This document shows, in pieces, positions 55,903 to 64,000 of a DNA stretch of 64,000 bases; position 1 is the stretch's first letter; each line of letters starts with the position of its first letter. The stretch is from positions 96,001-160,000 of the IMG/VR virus record IMGVR_UViG_3300018080_000105, one strand, 5' to 3'. A program made the translations under genes and the position numbers. The stretch comes from a virus. Under the pieces are notes generated by a model, which worked only from the letters and a program-made list of their open reading frames with translations, made no database searches and was not told where the DNA came from.

Positions 55903-57533
55903 TGCTCTGCCATCGGCGACCCGCCTACGCGTTCCACCGCGTTTTCCAATCCACCCACCTCACGACGATCGCTCGGCGACATAAACTGCCGATTCATTTC
56001 GTCAGCGGTGTAGATGGTGGACACATCCTCCATACGAGAAAAGTTACTGTGAATTTTCAAGGTAGCTGGAGGAGCTTCCTCGTTTGGCCGATACCGCACC
56101 TTAGAGAAGTTCATCAACCGGCAGCCAGTGGCGGCGTCCGCATTCCCCAGGCACAAACACGCGGCCATATTCACCGCAAAGTCTCGTGATTCTGCCGCAT
56201 CAGTATGTTTCATCAACTTGAAAGGCGACGCATTTCCGGCGTCGCCTTTAAGTTGATGGATCACCCATGTAGTGCAATTGAACCGTGAACTGATTTCCAG
56301 ACGGCAGCGATCCCCGAACGTTTTCAGCAGGTTACGGTAGCTACTCTCGTCCATCCCTTGCGCCTGCATCCATCGCTCACAGACAAGACCTGCGTAATCG
56401 ATGAACACACTACGAATACGGCGAGGCTCGTACCGCGACAAGTAAGCCACGATTTCAGGAACAAAACCATTACCGGCGTTAGGGAAGTCATCAGAACCAG
56501 ACATATCCACCAGCTTCAAACAGTCTTTCAACTGTTGATGGTGCAAGCGATAACGATCCGCCTCTGACAAAATGTCATCCTGGTTTTGCTGCATAGCCCG
56601 CTCATACGGAGCAAGATTCTCCTGCGTGGTGAGCTCACCCCAGTCAGCCATCGTCTCCAGTTTGGCCCGGTCAATATCGAAGAAATCTGACCAGATACGC
56701 GGGCGAATCTTCAAACCAGACTCTTCATAACTGAAGTACACCGACAGCGCCGGTGCTTCATCCAGTTCCTGTGCTTCAGTCCACGCCTGTTTCGCCGCAG
56801 CAACTGCCATCTGCACACCAAGCGTGGTCTTACCACCACCGGTCGGGCCAAGCAGGCCATTACAGTCGCCAGGGCGTTGCCCCTCCAGTGGCGTATCAAT
56901 GAAATCGACTCCAGTTTTCAAAAACACAGATGCCTGTTCGATCTGCGTACCGAACTCGGGAGCTATATCCACTTCAGGGATGGCTTTCAGCGTCGACAGT
57001 CTGTCACGCTGTTTGCTGATCACTTCCAGGAACGCCCCAATTTCAGAAGGTACGCCTGGTGTGTTGCTTGGGTTCATCACCCGTCGCAGCGGATCGACAA
57101 CCGTTCTCTCATTAACGAACTTCTCCAGCAGCTCACGCCCCAGAGCTTCGTTCACGCTGTTAAACTCAACGCCAGGATTCACGACTTGATAAAACAAGCC
57201 ATTCTCGTCCTGCCGATACAGAATTTCCATCTGCTGCTGCGTGAACCCGTATGTCGGGTCATTCTCCAGTTCCTGGGACGCCAGCGATGCCAGCGTCTCC
57301 CATGTCACACCGTCATACCGGTCTACACTCGCACAAAGCACAATGTAGAGCAGCTTCAACGGGGGCTCGTGAGTAAAGTGATGCGGTTGTACCAACGCGC
57401 GCATTTCCTGCAGGAATTGCGGACAATGCGCTGCACAAATAAGCATCCATTCCAAAGCCGCCGGTTCAATACGGGCGTGCGTAGCCTGCGGCTGCTGAGC
57501 AAGCAGCGCAGGGTCTTGTACAGTCTGAGTCAT
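55899..57533 (-). CDS. dnaB: DnaB-like replicative helicase
   Basis: GPTGGGKTT, YFSYEES, VFIDYAG, HQL, KVRYR. Confidence 0.85.
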   Translation of the reverse strand: MTQTVQDPALLAQQPQATHARIEPAALEWMLICAAHCPQFLQEMRALVQPHHFTHEPPLKLLYIVLCASVDRYDGVTWETLASLASQELENDPTYGFTQQQMEILYRQDENGLFYQVVNPGVEFNSVNEALGRELLEKFVNERTVVDPLRRVMNPSNTPGVPSEIGAFLEVISKQRDRLSTLKAIPEVDIAPEFGTQIEQASVFLKTGVDFIDTPLEGQRPGDCNGLLGPTGGGKTTLGVQMAVAAAKQAWTEAQELDEAPALSVYFSYEESGLKIRPRIWSDFFDIDRAKLETMADWGELTTQENLAPYERAMQQNQDDILSEADRYRLHHQQLKDCLKLVDMSGSDDFPNAGNGFVPEIVAYLSRYEPRRIRSVFIDYAGLVCERWMQAQGMDESSYRNLLKTFGDRCRLEISSRFNCTTWVIHQLKGDAGNASPFKLMKHTDAAESRDFAVNMAACLCLGNADAATGCRLMNFSKVRYRPNEEAPPATLKIHSNFSRMEDVSTIYTADEMNRQFMSPSDRREVGGLENAVERVGGSPMAEQ

Positions 57534-57555
57534 AACGGGAATGCTTCCTTGTAGA

Positions 57556-58260
57556 TTACCGAGCCATGAGCGACTTCAACGCGGTGGCTTCCGCCCGGAA
57601 ATCTTCCGGGACCAATTCGCCGAGCAATGCGTCAAAATCATCCATCTGAAACAGGTACTGTTTGAGTGCCATTCCCCTCAACTGATCCGCAACTGGTAGT
57701 AGCTCGCCGATAGCGGCGCAGTAACGGATCATTGGTGAAACGGGGCATGACCGATCCTTCAGTACGTAGTTCAGAGCCCTTCGATACTCCCAACCCATGT
57801 TCTTTGTCAACGGTAGTACGCGAACACGAAGTTGGTTGTAGTCAGATTCAATCTTTCGTTGTAGTGTCTCCCGTGATTGATACCGGAAAGCCTCCCATCG
57901 CGCCAAGGCGCTTTCGCCATAAAGTTGATTAGCGCGAGGAGGTCGGGAGGGGACGGCTCCCACAAACTGAGCTTTTACGTAGGCCAGAGGTGGTGCGTCG
58001 CACGCAATAATTCTTCTGGCAATTTTCACCCAGTCCGGCTCGGTCTTTCGCCGGCCGTAAGCATCTTCGCCAGCGTCGCCGGCAATCCGTCGCTCACCGT
58101 AAGCCTGGCGGCCTGTCAACTGCTGATAGCAGTCACAGTAAGCAGCTCGCACAAGTTCTGCCAGTTCCTGGAGATACGTGTGAGCTTTAGTTGAGAGTGT
58201 AATTGCAGGAGGCCCTGTATGTTGGGTCTCCCCCATTTCCAGTACGCGTTGTCTAGGCAT
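57556..58260 (-). CDS. hypothetical protein
   Basis: start trimmed to MPRQRV. Confidence 0.65.
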   Translation of the reverse strand: MPRQRVLEMGETQHTGPPAITLSTKAHTYLQELAELVRAAYCDCYQQLTGRQAYGERRIAGDAGEDAYGRRKTEPDWVKIARRIIACDAPPLAYVKAQFVGAVPSRPPRANQLYGESALARWEAFRYQSRETLQRKIESDYNQLRVRVLPLTKNMGWEYRRALNYVLKDRSCPVSPMIRYCAAIGELLPVADQLRGMALKQYLFQMDDFDALLGELVPEDFRAEATALKSLMAR

Positions 58261-59755
58261 CGAATCGACTCCTGGCAGGCCAGTTCTGCGTCCAACCACG
58301 CTCTGCGTAGTGCCGCTTCCTGTTCTCCGACTTCCGCCTGAAGTTCTTGTTCCAGCCGTCGTAACAGTCAACTACCTCGCCAACCTCCTTACCTGTGTCG
58401 GGCGAGATGCGACTCACACGGCCAGGCCCCTGCGCATCCATGATCTCCGACTCCCTCGCGTCTACACGGTAGAGAACCTGCAGTGGCTGGAAGTCAACAC
58501 CTGTCGCCCAAACATCCGTCGCAATGACGCGTTTGAGGCTCCCGGCCTCGAAATCCTGCCGCATCTCCTCTCGCCGCTCTGAGGTCGTCGGTACAAAGTT
58601 AGGTGGAAGATACCCATTTCGCTGAAAATATGCCAGATCATCGTCTTTCATTGCCCCATAACACAGCGCAAATTCAGGCAAATACTGCCAAAGCCTCACA
58701 GCATGCTCCACTGTCGCCACCAAGATCAGAATCTGCGTATCCGGATCCGGGTAATGCGTCCGCACATCCTGTGCAATCTGGTAGTTTCGCTGGTCATTCC
58801 GCCAGATTCCGTGCTTCATCCGCCGAGTGCCGTGCAGCCCCGACGCCGGATCGTTTGGCAAGTTGATCGACAGCCACCGCACATTGATTGGCACCACCAG
58901 CCCCAGCTCCACGGCTTCCTGATAGGTCAACTTGAAAATCTCACGACCAAAGAACAGCTCCAACTGAGCGTCCGCCCCGTCCATTCGCCCTTTGGGTGTC
59001 GCAGTGAACGCAAAGTTCCTCGACTGCCGCCAGGTCTCCCCCAGCACACGAGACGTCTTATCAGTCATCAACTGGTGAGCTTCGTCGCACAGTAGGAAAT
59101 CCGCGTCACCCTCAGCCCGGTGCGCAGAGCCGGCAGTGTACACGGTCACTCGCTCGCCAGACAATTTCTGTCCGCCGCCAATGTGCCCTACGTTGGGAAT
59201 CGTTCTCGATATCTGTCGCACCATCCTGGCCACCACATCCTTTGACCGAGTGACGATGTCAATACGGGCTCGTGGGTACAGATGGCAGATTGCCTCAATC
59301 AGGTGCGTTTTGCCAAAACCCATTGTCGCATTGATCAGGCCACATTGATTGCCTGCGATGTATTGCAGACACTCTTCCTGCTTAGCGCGGAACTCGATGT
59401 GTTGACGCACATTGTCCCAGTTAGGTTCATAGACGTCCGCGATCTCTTTCGCCGGACTCAGGTCGTGATACTCGACTCCAATGCCGCGGGCCTGCAAAGC
59501 CTCTACGATCGAAGTCAGGAAGCCGAAGCCAGTCACCAACCGCCCCTCCTCCATAGCGTACATCGTCCGTGTCTCCACAGACATTGTGTCACGCATACCG
59601 TCAGGGCCGTATTGCTGATGGCCTCTGAGCAACGTTTTGTGCTCGTACGACAGAAGGGGGTGTAACAGCTGTGCGACATTCAACGGCAGCGGGCTCTGAC
59701 CGTCAGGACTCAAATCAATCAAAGTCCCGGATCGCCGCACAATCAGGTTGTTCAT
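58253..59755 (-). CDS. SF2 DEAH helicase (UvsW-like)
   Basis: ATMGFGKT, LCDEAH, FTATP, TGVDF, QGPGRVSR. Confidence 0.9.
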   Translation of the reverse strand: MNNLIVRRSGTLIDLSPDGQSPLPLNVAQLLHPLLSYEHKTLLRGHQQYGPDGMRDTMSVETRTMYAMEEGRLVTGFGFLTSIVEALQARGIGVEYHDLSPAKEIADVYEPNWDNVRQHIEFRAKQEECLQYIAGNQCGLINATMGFGKTHLIEAICHLYPRARIDIVTRSKDVVARMVRQISRTIPNVGHIGGGQKLSGERVTVYTAGSAHRAEGDADFLLCDEAHQLMTDKTSRVLGETWRQSRNFAFTATPKGRMDGADAQLELFFGREIFKLTYQEAVELGLVVPINVRWLSINLPNDPASGLHGTRRMKHGIWRNDQRNYQIAQDVRTHYPDPDTQILILVATVEHAVRLWQYLPEFALCYGAMKDDDLAYFQRNGYLPPNFVPTTSERREEMRQDFEAGSLKRVIATDVWATGVDFQPLQVLYRVDARESEIMDAQGPGRVSRISPDTGKEVGEVVDCYDGWNKNFRRKSENRKRHYAERGWTQNWPARSRFDA

Positions 59756-60264
59756 GTATGTTCCTCAGCATCAGTAAGCCGTGGTGCTCTGATCGTAGGC
59801 AACACGGAAACAACATCAAACGTACCGTACGTCTCTCCCTCTTTACGAAACGGGGAGATTCCTTTGTACGTGCCCATCACTTCCAACAAGTTTGTGAAGG
59901 CATCAATGCCCATGTCCTTCGGCAGGACGGCGTTCACCCGGATTTCCGTCCCCGGGCGAAACGCCTCGTGTAGTGCGTATCGGGCTCGTTTCTTACCGTT
60001 GCCAGGAGTAACAATCCTTTTCCACTCTTTCAACGGGCCGTCGACCGGGGCTGCCCAGGCGACGTTCTTCGCGCTCTTTCCATGACGTCCCACTACTGTA
60101 GCCGCGAATTCCAGATTCTCCCTCCACCACGACGGGAGAAACTGGATGCGACCTTGGGAGTCACGAGGCATGCGATAAATCACGCCTTTGCCTCGGCGAA
60201 CCGGTTTCTTGGCGAAACCAAGACACGGCTGTGTGAAACGTAACCTGATCGTCACTTCCTGCAT
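59752..60264 (-). CDS. second, compact Cas7/RAMP-like protein
   Basis: EVTIRLRFTQPCLG beta1, RDSQGRIQFLPSWWRENL, HEAFRPGTEIRVNAVL, Gly-loop GTYKGISPFRKEGETYGTFDVV. Confidence 0.6.
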   Translation of the reverse strand: MQEVTIRLRFTQPCLGFAKKPVRRGKGVIYRMPRDSQGRIQFLPSWWRENLEFAATVVGRHGKSAKNVAWAAPVDGPLKEWKRIVTPGNGKKRARYALHEAFRPGTEIRVNAVLPKDMGIDAFTNLLEVMGTYKGISPFRKEGETYGTFDVVSVLPTIRAPRLTDAEEHT

Positions 60265-60279
60265 CGGTGGTCATCCTGA

Positions 60280-61215
60280 CTAAGCCGGGCTGGGGAATCC
60301 CTTCACGTGGTCACGAAAGGCCTGCACCTCCGCGCCCTTCAGCAGGCTTTCTGCATCAAACAACTCCAGCTTTTGAGGGTTGTTGATCAACAACGACTGC
60401 TGCCAATTCCGGATAAAGTACACCAGAAAGGCACGCGTCGCCAGTAAGTCTCCCTTAATGCCGCCGCCGGCTGCTCGCCATCGCCGCCAGAGAAAATTCT
60501 CTGGCCGCTCATAACTCGCGTTGCTCGGCTCACGACCCTTCCAGGCGCGCAGAACAGTACAAAACCGATCCCGCCGAGAGATATCCCGCGGGGTCTTCAC
60601 ATCACCAGCTGCGTACCGCGGCAGAATGCCCAGGTACGATCGCAGACGAGCCAATCTGTTCGGTCTCTTCGGATCCACAAACCAACGAGGATCCAAGATC
60701 ATCGCAATCAACATCGCCATGCTCTCGTGGTGCACGTTAGGAATAAACCGCCAACGGGCATAAGCCGGGTGGCGCGTCAGAAACCGCATCGAAGATGTGG
60801 CTGTCCCTTGGGCGCTCGCAATCTCTGCTGCAATTGCGTAAGCAGGCATGTCCAGCTTTGTCAGTGGATGCCAGCCTCCGAGAACCGCAGCAAGTCGCAG
60901 TTGCCGCATTCGCCAGAGCACTTTCTCCGGATCGGAGAGTTCTTCTGTATCTGCGACGCATTTTCGCGGAGACGCTATTTCAACACGACTTTTCTTCAGC
61001 TCGACGAGCTGGTGATAAAGATTCGTGATCAAACGAGCATTTCCGTGGGTTCCGAGTACGCGAACGTGAGGATCGCCATACGCAGAACACTCTGTCAACA
61101 ATTCTGCCAGATCACCGGAAAAGGGCGAAGGTCGTTCGACACCAATAGCCTGCCACACAGTGCCATGACTGTCGGTGTGAAGTCTCAAAACACTTTGTTC
61201 CGGGACAATTTTCAC
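60280..61215 (-). CDS. IS110-transposase/Tas(Nop)-like protein with degenerate RuvC domain
   Basis: HPAY..WRFIPNV..SMAMLIAMILDPRWF..RLRSYLGILP matches the IS110 C-terminal/Nop helical motif; N-terminal strand/helix order fits RuvC-DEDD but the acidic catalytic residues are mostly absent. Confidence 0.65.
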   Translation of the reverse strand: MKIVPEQSVLRLHTDSHGTVWQAIGVERPSPFSGDLAELLTECSAYGDPHVRVLGTHGNARLITNLYHQLVELKKSRVEIASPRKCVADTEELSDPEKVLWRMRQLRLAAVLGGWHPLTKLDMPAYAIAAEIASAQGTATSSMRFLTRHPAYARWRFIPNVHHESMAMLIAMILDPRWFVDPKRPNRLARLRSYLGILPRYAAGDVKTPRDISRRDRFCTVLRAWKGREPSNASYERPENFLWRRWRAAGGGIKGDLLATRAFLVYFIRNWQQSLLINNPQKLELFDAESLLKGAEVQAFRDHVKGFPSPA

Positions 61216-63329
61216 AGGGTGATCACCGAATCGAACAACGGGGCCAGCTCAGTCTCGTGTGTCACGATCATGCACTGTAACCCACGCGAGGCGGCAAACT
61301 CACGAAGCCTCCCCAGCACAGGTTCAAACCCACGGATATGATGTTCGTCGAGATACGCCGTCGGTTCGTCGAGGTACAGTGCCCCGATATTCTCTGCCAA
61401 CAGCAAGTTAATTGCCAGACGGAACGTCAAGGCAAGGATCACCTTTTGGCCACCTGACAGCCTTTCAGCCGGCTGTACAGTGCCATCCTGAAATGTTGCC
61501 ACGAAGGACAAGCCCTCATCCGCATGTACGCGATAGTCAGTCTCAAATAGCTCCAGGAACGCATTCATATCGGACTGGATCACCTCCAGATTCCGTTGCG
61601 CCACGAATCGCGGAGCCGCATCTTTGTGCACCAAAGCACGCATTTCGGTAGCCAGGTCACGCCATTGCCGAAATTTTTCAGCCTGTTGCTGAATCGCTTC
61701 TGCGTCCGAAATCTGCGTACGCAAGCCGGCAGCCTTTGTCTCGGCGATCGCCAAAGCTGTCTCCGCGTCACGACGAGTCTGTTCGTGTTCATTCCACGAT
61801 TCGATGTACGTAACCGCCTCGCCCCGCTGCTCCGCAGTGTAATTCGGCATCGCCTGCAATGCGGTTTGCAACTCGTCCACGCCTTTCGTCAAGCTCTCCA
61901 ACCGGCCTTCCAGATTCGCCACAGCCGACTGCTGAGCATTCCTCTGGCGAACCTGCGCATCGTGCAACTGTTGCTGCTTCTGCTCGTCCGCGATGATGGC
62001 CTGTTGAGCACCTACGTCCACATCGATTTCTTCAGCCGAGGGCAAATTTTTCAACATGTCCTCATACTGCGCAATCGAGCGTGTCGCGCTGTCGTAATCA
62101 GTTTGGTAGGAAGACTGCAACGAGCCGTACTCATCCCAAGCATCCACCAACGGGGCTATCTCGGCCCGCCGTGCCAGCAACTCAGGAATCCGTACCTTGG
62201 CCTGTTCCACTTTCTGCGCCAGTGTCGTAGCCGGTGTACCACAAGTCGGGCACTCAGCGACTCCGTCAGCCATGGTTCCGACAAACGCTTGTAAGTTCGC
62301 CAGTTCCGCGTCAATCGCTACCACTTCCTGCCAGTACGTCTCGCGATCACCGGACGGAACCGGAGGAGCGACCAGATTACCCAGTACAGCTCTCCACTTT
62401 GCCAGTTCAGCCTCGACGTTATCGCGGGCAGTCTGTGCCTTCTTATTCTGATCCCACACAGTCAGTAGCCGCTGAGCTTCCGAAACATCACCAGCCACTT
62501 TCGACAGTGCCTCTTCCAGCTCCCCGAGCAACGTATCCAGGTCGCTGAGCGTCTGCCTTGCTGTGCTCAACTCACTTGCAACCTGGTCTCTCTCCTGCTG
62601 TGCCGAAGCTACTGCACTGATTGCTTGCTGTCGATCGTCGTACTTTCGTATCACATCCTGGTTAGAGTTACGACCCTCCGCGATCTGCTCGTAAGTCGCG
62701 ATCGTGGCCAGGGATGTACGCAATCGCTCTATCTCTGTTCCCGCCGTCACAAGCTCTGCGCGGCACTGATCCAGATCTGTTGCAACCGTAGGGATCTCCA
62801 GACTCTTCAGCTTGTCACCGATGGTCTTATGAACAGACGCGGCCTTCTGCGTGCGAAACAGTCGTTGAAACTGCTCCGCTCGCTTAGCCGGCGTCTTTGA
62901 AATAAACCCAAAGATATCTTCCTGGGAAACAATCACGAGATCGTTGATGATCGACGTGCTGACTCCCAGGATCTCTTCGATACGAGCCGTAATATCGCGA
63001 TCACCTTCAATCACCTCGCCCGTGCTCAGCGTCATTGTCGCTTTGTGGCTCGCGGGTTTCAGCATTCTCCGAATCGTGCCGGAGATCTCTCCGTGCGTGA
63101 AGTCCATCTCGACGAAAGACTTCTGAGTAGGATCTGCGAGCACACGAACGTTATCCGCCTTTGTGCCCGAGTTTGTATTCTCACCTGTCAGCGCGAGGCG
63201 TATGCCGCCCAGGAAGTTCGACTTCCCGGAACCGTTCGCCCCCATGATCGCCGTCAAGCCCTCTGAAAAGTGTTCAGTTCTCTGCGAGTGCTGACAGAAG
63301 TTCAGCAGTTGCAGACGTTCCACACGCAT
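61212..63329 (-). CDS. sbcC: SbcC/Rad50-like SMC ATPase with Zn hook
   Basis: GANGSGKS, CPTC hook, LSGGQ, LYLDEPT; start trimmed to MRVERL. Confidence 0.92.
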   Translation of the reverse strand: MRVERLQLLNFCQHSQRTEHFSEGLTAIMGANGSGKSNFLGGIRLALTGENTNSGTKADNVRVLADPTQKSFVEMDFTHGEISGTIRRMLKPASHKATMTLSTGEVIEGDRDITARIEEILGVSTSIINDLVIVSQEDIFGFISKTPAKRAEQFQRLFRTQKAASVHKTIGDKLKSLEIPTVATDLDQCRAELVTAGTEIERLRTSLATIATYEQIAEGRNSNQDVIRKYDDRQQAISAVASAQQERDQVASELSTARQTLSDLDTLLGELEEALSKVAGDVSEAQRLLTVWDQNKKAQTARDNVEAELAKWRAVLGNLVAPPVPSGDRETYWQEVVAIDAELANLQAFVGTMADGVAECPTCGTPATTLAQKVEQAKVRIPELLARRAEIAPLVDAWDEYGSLQSSYQTDYDSATRSIAQYEDMLKNLPSAEEIDVDVGAQQAIIADEQKQQQLHDAQVRQRNAQQSAVANLEGRLESLTKGVDELQTALQAMPNYTAEQRGEAVTYIESWNEHEQTRRDAETALAIAETKAAGLRTQISDAEAIQQQAEKFRQWRDLATEMRALVHKDAAPRFVAQRNLEVIQSDMNAFLELFETDYRVHADEGLSFVATFQDGTVQPAERLSGGQKVILALTFRLAINLLLAENIGALYLDEPTAYLDEHHIRGFEPVLGRLREFAASRGLQCMIVTHETELAPLFDSVITL

Positions 63330-63339
63330 AGAAGTCCTC

Positions 63340-64000
63340 TCAGGACATAAATTCTTCAAAAAGCCGGTCATACTCGGCAGCCTCATCCTCGGCTTCGAGC
63401 ATCCGAACGGTATTGTCGTGGAGCAGGGTGCCGGGCGGCCGCAGCTGTCCCACTGCATTAACCAGCCCAGCAAACGCATCTTTCGGACGAAGCGCGGTGT
63501 CCACCACCACGTCATCTGTTACACGCAACGGCTCAGCAAACAAATGACCACTCTCACCCACAACGGCAGTCAGCCGTGCCAGTGCGTCAGGCAGATTATC
63601 TGCATACTGCATCCGTAGAATCGGTTTTGCGATCTCCCGATCATCTGGAGCCGTCTCCTGCAATGTCGTCAACTGCTGCGGCAACTCTCGCACAATGCTG
63701 TCGAGCTGCTCTGGTGTCATGATGCGGGCAGACGAGTAAGCACGTGTACGAATCTGCACCCATTCAACCCGCCTATCTTCGTGCAGGACACCCAGATACT
63801 TATTAGCGTTCTCGCCCAACGACTGCATCGCCGTCGACCCCGGTGAGTAGAAGTCCACAGGATCACCGTTAGCTGCGGGACTTTGGTAATGCCCGGTGAC
63901 ATGGAAATCGCCAGTGAGCACCTTCATCGCCCGAGGGAAGTGCTCCGCATGCCCGTCAACCAATCCCACTGGCTGCAATGCGTCCCAGGACTGGTGACAC
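63340..64000 (-). CDS. sbcD: SbcD/Mre11-like metallophosphoesterase nuclease (5' part outside window)
   Basis: LTGDFHV, YSPGST; frame open to window end; directly upstream of sbcC. Confidence 0.75.
   Translation of the reverse strand, partial: CHQSWDALQPVGLVDGHAEHFPRAMKVLTGDFHVTGHYQSPAANGDPVDFYSPGSTAMQSLGENANKYLGVLHEDRRVEWVQIRTRAYSSARIMTPEQLDSIVRELPQQLTTLQETAPDDREIAKPILRMQYADNLPDALARLTAVVGESGHLFAEPLRVTDDVVVDTALRPKDAFAGLVNAVGQLRPPGTLLHDNTVRMLEAEDEAAEYDRLFEEFMS

Noticed and set aside
59700-61300. TIGR array, bridge RNA or IS ends next to the IS110/Tas-like gene; active IS110 element
   Set aside because: Genes overlap or are 15 nt apart, no repeats are visible, and catalytic acidic residues appear lost

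Overview
Gene-dense segment (GC-rich) of what is almost certainly a large tailed-phage genome. Nearly all genes are on the minus strand; only 17181-19610 is on the plus strand. There are no rRNA, tRNA or ribosomal-protein genes. The left ~15 kb holds small accessory genes, including two triplicated families, a BCS1-like AAA ATPase, a beta-helix protein and a pyruvyl-transferase-like protein. The middle holds tmk, a tubulin/FtsZ-family GTPase, two glycosyltransferases and a probable portal. The right half holds a nucleotide-metabolism, recombination and replication module: DNA MTase, RuvC, DnaQ-like exonuclease, dUTPase, ThyX, RecA, SSB-like protein, UDG-PolA fusion, primase, DnaB, SF2 helicase and SbcCD. 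Main result: a stand-alone Cas7/RAMP-like gene (19659-20315) directly preceded by a non-CRISPR array of six GGC-NN pentamer tracts separated by a conserved ~27-nt U-rich linker (20382-20973). This looks like an RNA-guided system with a gapped dinucleotide code; from memory it matches the recently reported VIPR architecture, which I cannot verify here. Also notable: a second RAMP-like gene next to a catalytically eroded IS110/Tas(Nop)-like gene inside the replication operon, a tandem covarying structured RNA with box C/D-like motifs (6307-6578), and a 13-bp motif GGTAAATAAGAAC at several gene boundaries. All family calls come from motifs read by eye; no database search was run. Some CDS starts were trimmed from the ORF track to the start with the best RBS or stop/start coupling.
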